This document shows positions 63,181-64,000 of a DNA stretch of 64,000 bases, in pieces. Positions within the stretch are counted from its first letter, which is position 1; every line of letters begins with the position of its first letter. A program made the position numbers and the translations under genes. Source of the DNA: Nitrospirales bacterium (lineage in GTDB: Bacteria; Nitrospirota; Nitrospiria; Nitrospirales; UBA8639); NCBI GenBank assembly GCA_965203295.1, contig CBDBCZ010000019.1, positions 608,001 to 672,000 of the forward strand, in the 5' to 3' direction. Under the pieces are notes generated by a model. It did not search any database and was not told the origin of the DNA. It saw nothing but the letters and a program-made list of their open reading frames with translations.

Positions 63181-63639
63181 CTAGATATGATACATCAGTG
63201 CCTGCTGTTGTTCGAGTTGAGCGTATTGCTCGACAAGAGCATTGAGTGTGATCGATCTTAATACCTCTTGCTCAGCCTGATGGACCTTCTTCCATATTCC
63301 GGATAAAAATTTTTCTGAAACGACCAATGTGTCAGCCTTCCCGTTTCTCCTAATTGGATCGAACACAGTGGCCCCGGGGGGCCCATCCATCGCTTCTACA
63401 ATCTCGGCTAGGGAGACTTGGGACGGATCCTTTCTCAAGGAATACCCACCTTGTGCTCCCCGGACGCTTTCCACGACCCCTGCCTGTTTAAGGGAATAGA
63501 GAATTTGTTCAATGAAGCGAACTGGAATGGATTGGCGGCCAGCGATTATTTTAGCTTGGATGGGCAGTGAACTGTAATGGAGGGCGAGATCCATTGCAGC
63601 CATGATCCCATATGTTATTTTCAATGGAACCTTTTTCAT
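63181..63639 (-). CDS. Rrf2-family regulator, CymR-like
   Basis: IPVRFIEQI, SVRGAQGGY, no Cys cluster ligands, C-terminal LMYHI. Confidence 0.88.
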   Translation of the reverse strand: MKKVPLKITYGIMAAMDLALHYSSLPIQAKIIAGRQSIPVRFIEQILYSLKQAGVVESVRGAQGGYSLRKDPSQVSLAEIVEAMDGPPGATVFDPIRRNGKADTLVVSEKFLSGIWKKVHQAEQEVLRSITLNALVEQYAQLEQQQALMYHI

Positions 63640-63643
63640 ATAT

Positions 63644-63702
63644 TTCCTATAATTCCGATAGGAATTAAGAAAAATAATACTGAATCACTGACCGTCTGTC
63701 AA
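63644..63702 (-). promoter_or_regulatory. Sigma-70 promoter and palindromic operator of the cys operon
   Basis: TTGACA-N17-TATTAT (63702-63674); TTCCTAT-N7-ATAGGAA (63644-63664) between promoter and ATG. Confidence 0.75.
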
Positions 63703-63742
63703 TTCGTTTCTGTGATGGGTAACAGGCTGATTTCGGAATGGA

Positions 63743-64000
63743 TTAACTTACCTTAAAACCGAGCTTCGAAAGAGTTTGACCCAATTCCGCTTGATTGTCA
63801 GGTACATCAATGGCGGTTTGGTGGAATTCTCTGCGAATTGGATAGTGTTTGCGGAGTTGATCAAATCGTGAAGGATGCTTCTCGGGAGGGTGGGAAAGAA
63901 TTTCCAACATCCGAGCGTGGTCATTGGGCAAGTCGTAGATTTGAGTCACGACCTGATACATCGTTTCTTGAAGGTCTGAACTTGCGGAATTCAATTTTAT
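63743..64000 (-). CDS. pdxB: Erythronate-4-phosphate dehydrogenase, C-terminal part (runs off window)
   Basis: IYDLPND...FDQLRKHYPIRREF...LSKLGF. Confidence 0.75.
   Translation of the reverse strand: MKLNSASSDLQETMYQVVTQIYDLPNDHARMLEILSHPPEKHPSRFDQLRKHYPIRREFHQTAIDVPDNQAELGQTLSKLGFKVS

Noticed and set aside
1..64000. Many short antisense or overlapping ORFs in the track
   Set aside because: Shadows of well-supported genes; no RBS or family motifs

Overview
Bacterial chromosomal window, roughly balanced GC. Gene content and protein sequences suggest a Nitrospirales-like organism; this is inference from recall, not a database search. From left to right: (1) a CCA-adding enzyme followed by about 6 kb of small envelope genes and gene remnants; (2) the hopanoid pair shc-hpnN, then bamD, fabH, ispH and smc; (3) a CCAEP-tail radical SAM plus ATP-grasp pair, a ferredoxin, a PPTase, an EamA transporter and phoD; (4) an accessory block at about 30.5-50.9 kb with an MHYT hybrid kinase, a sigma-54 activator and two sigma-54 operons for persulfide/sulfite handling (CstB-like dioxygenase, rhodaneses, CoADR-rhodanese, multiheme cytochromes c, SorAB, TauE), many of them broken by stops, frameshifts or deletions; (5) an orphan RiPP-type B12 radical SAM, a pterin dehydratase and a ParB-like gene; (6) tmRNA; (7) sugE/gdx; (8) a CymR-led sulfate assimilation operon. 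The strongest non-obvious find is a complete 271-nt ORF-less group I intron (54484-54754, minus strand) in the T-loop of the tmRNA gene. Its P1 U.G splice site, P/Q/R/S elements and terminal G are all readable. The second is a shared palindromic enhancer (GTTAA-G-TTAAY) about 120 bp upstream of both sigma-54 promoters in the decaying sulfur block. All product calls come from motif recognition by eye.
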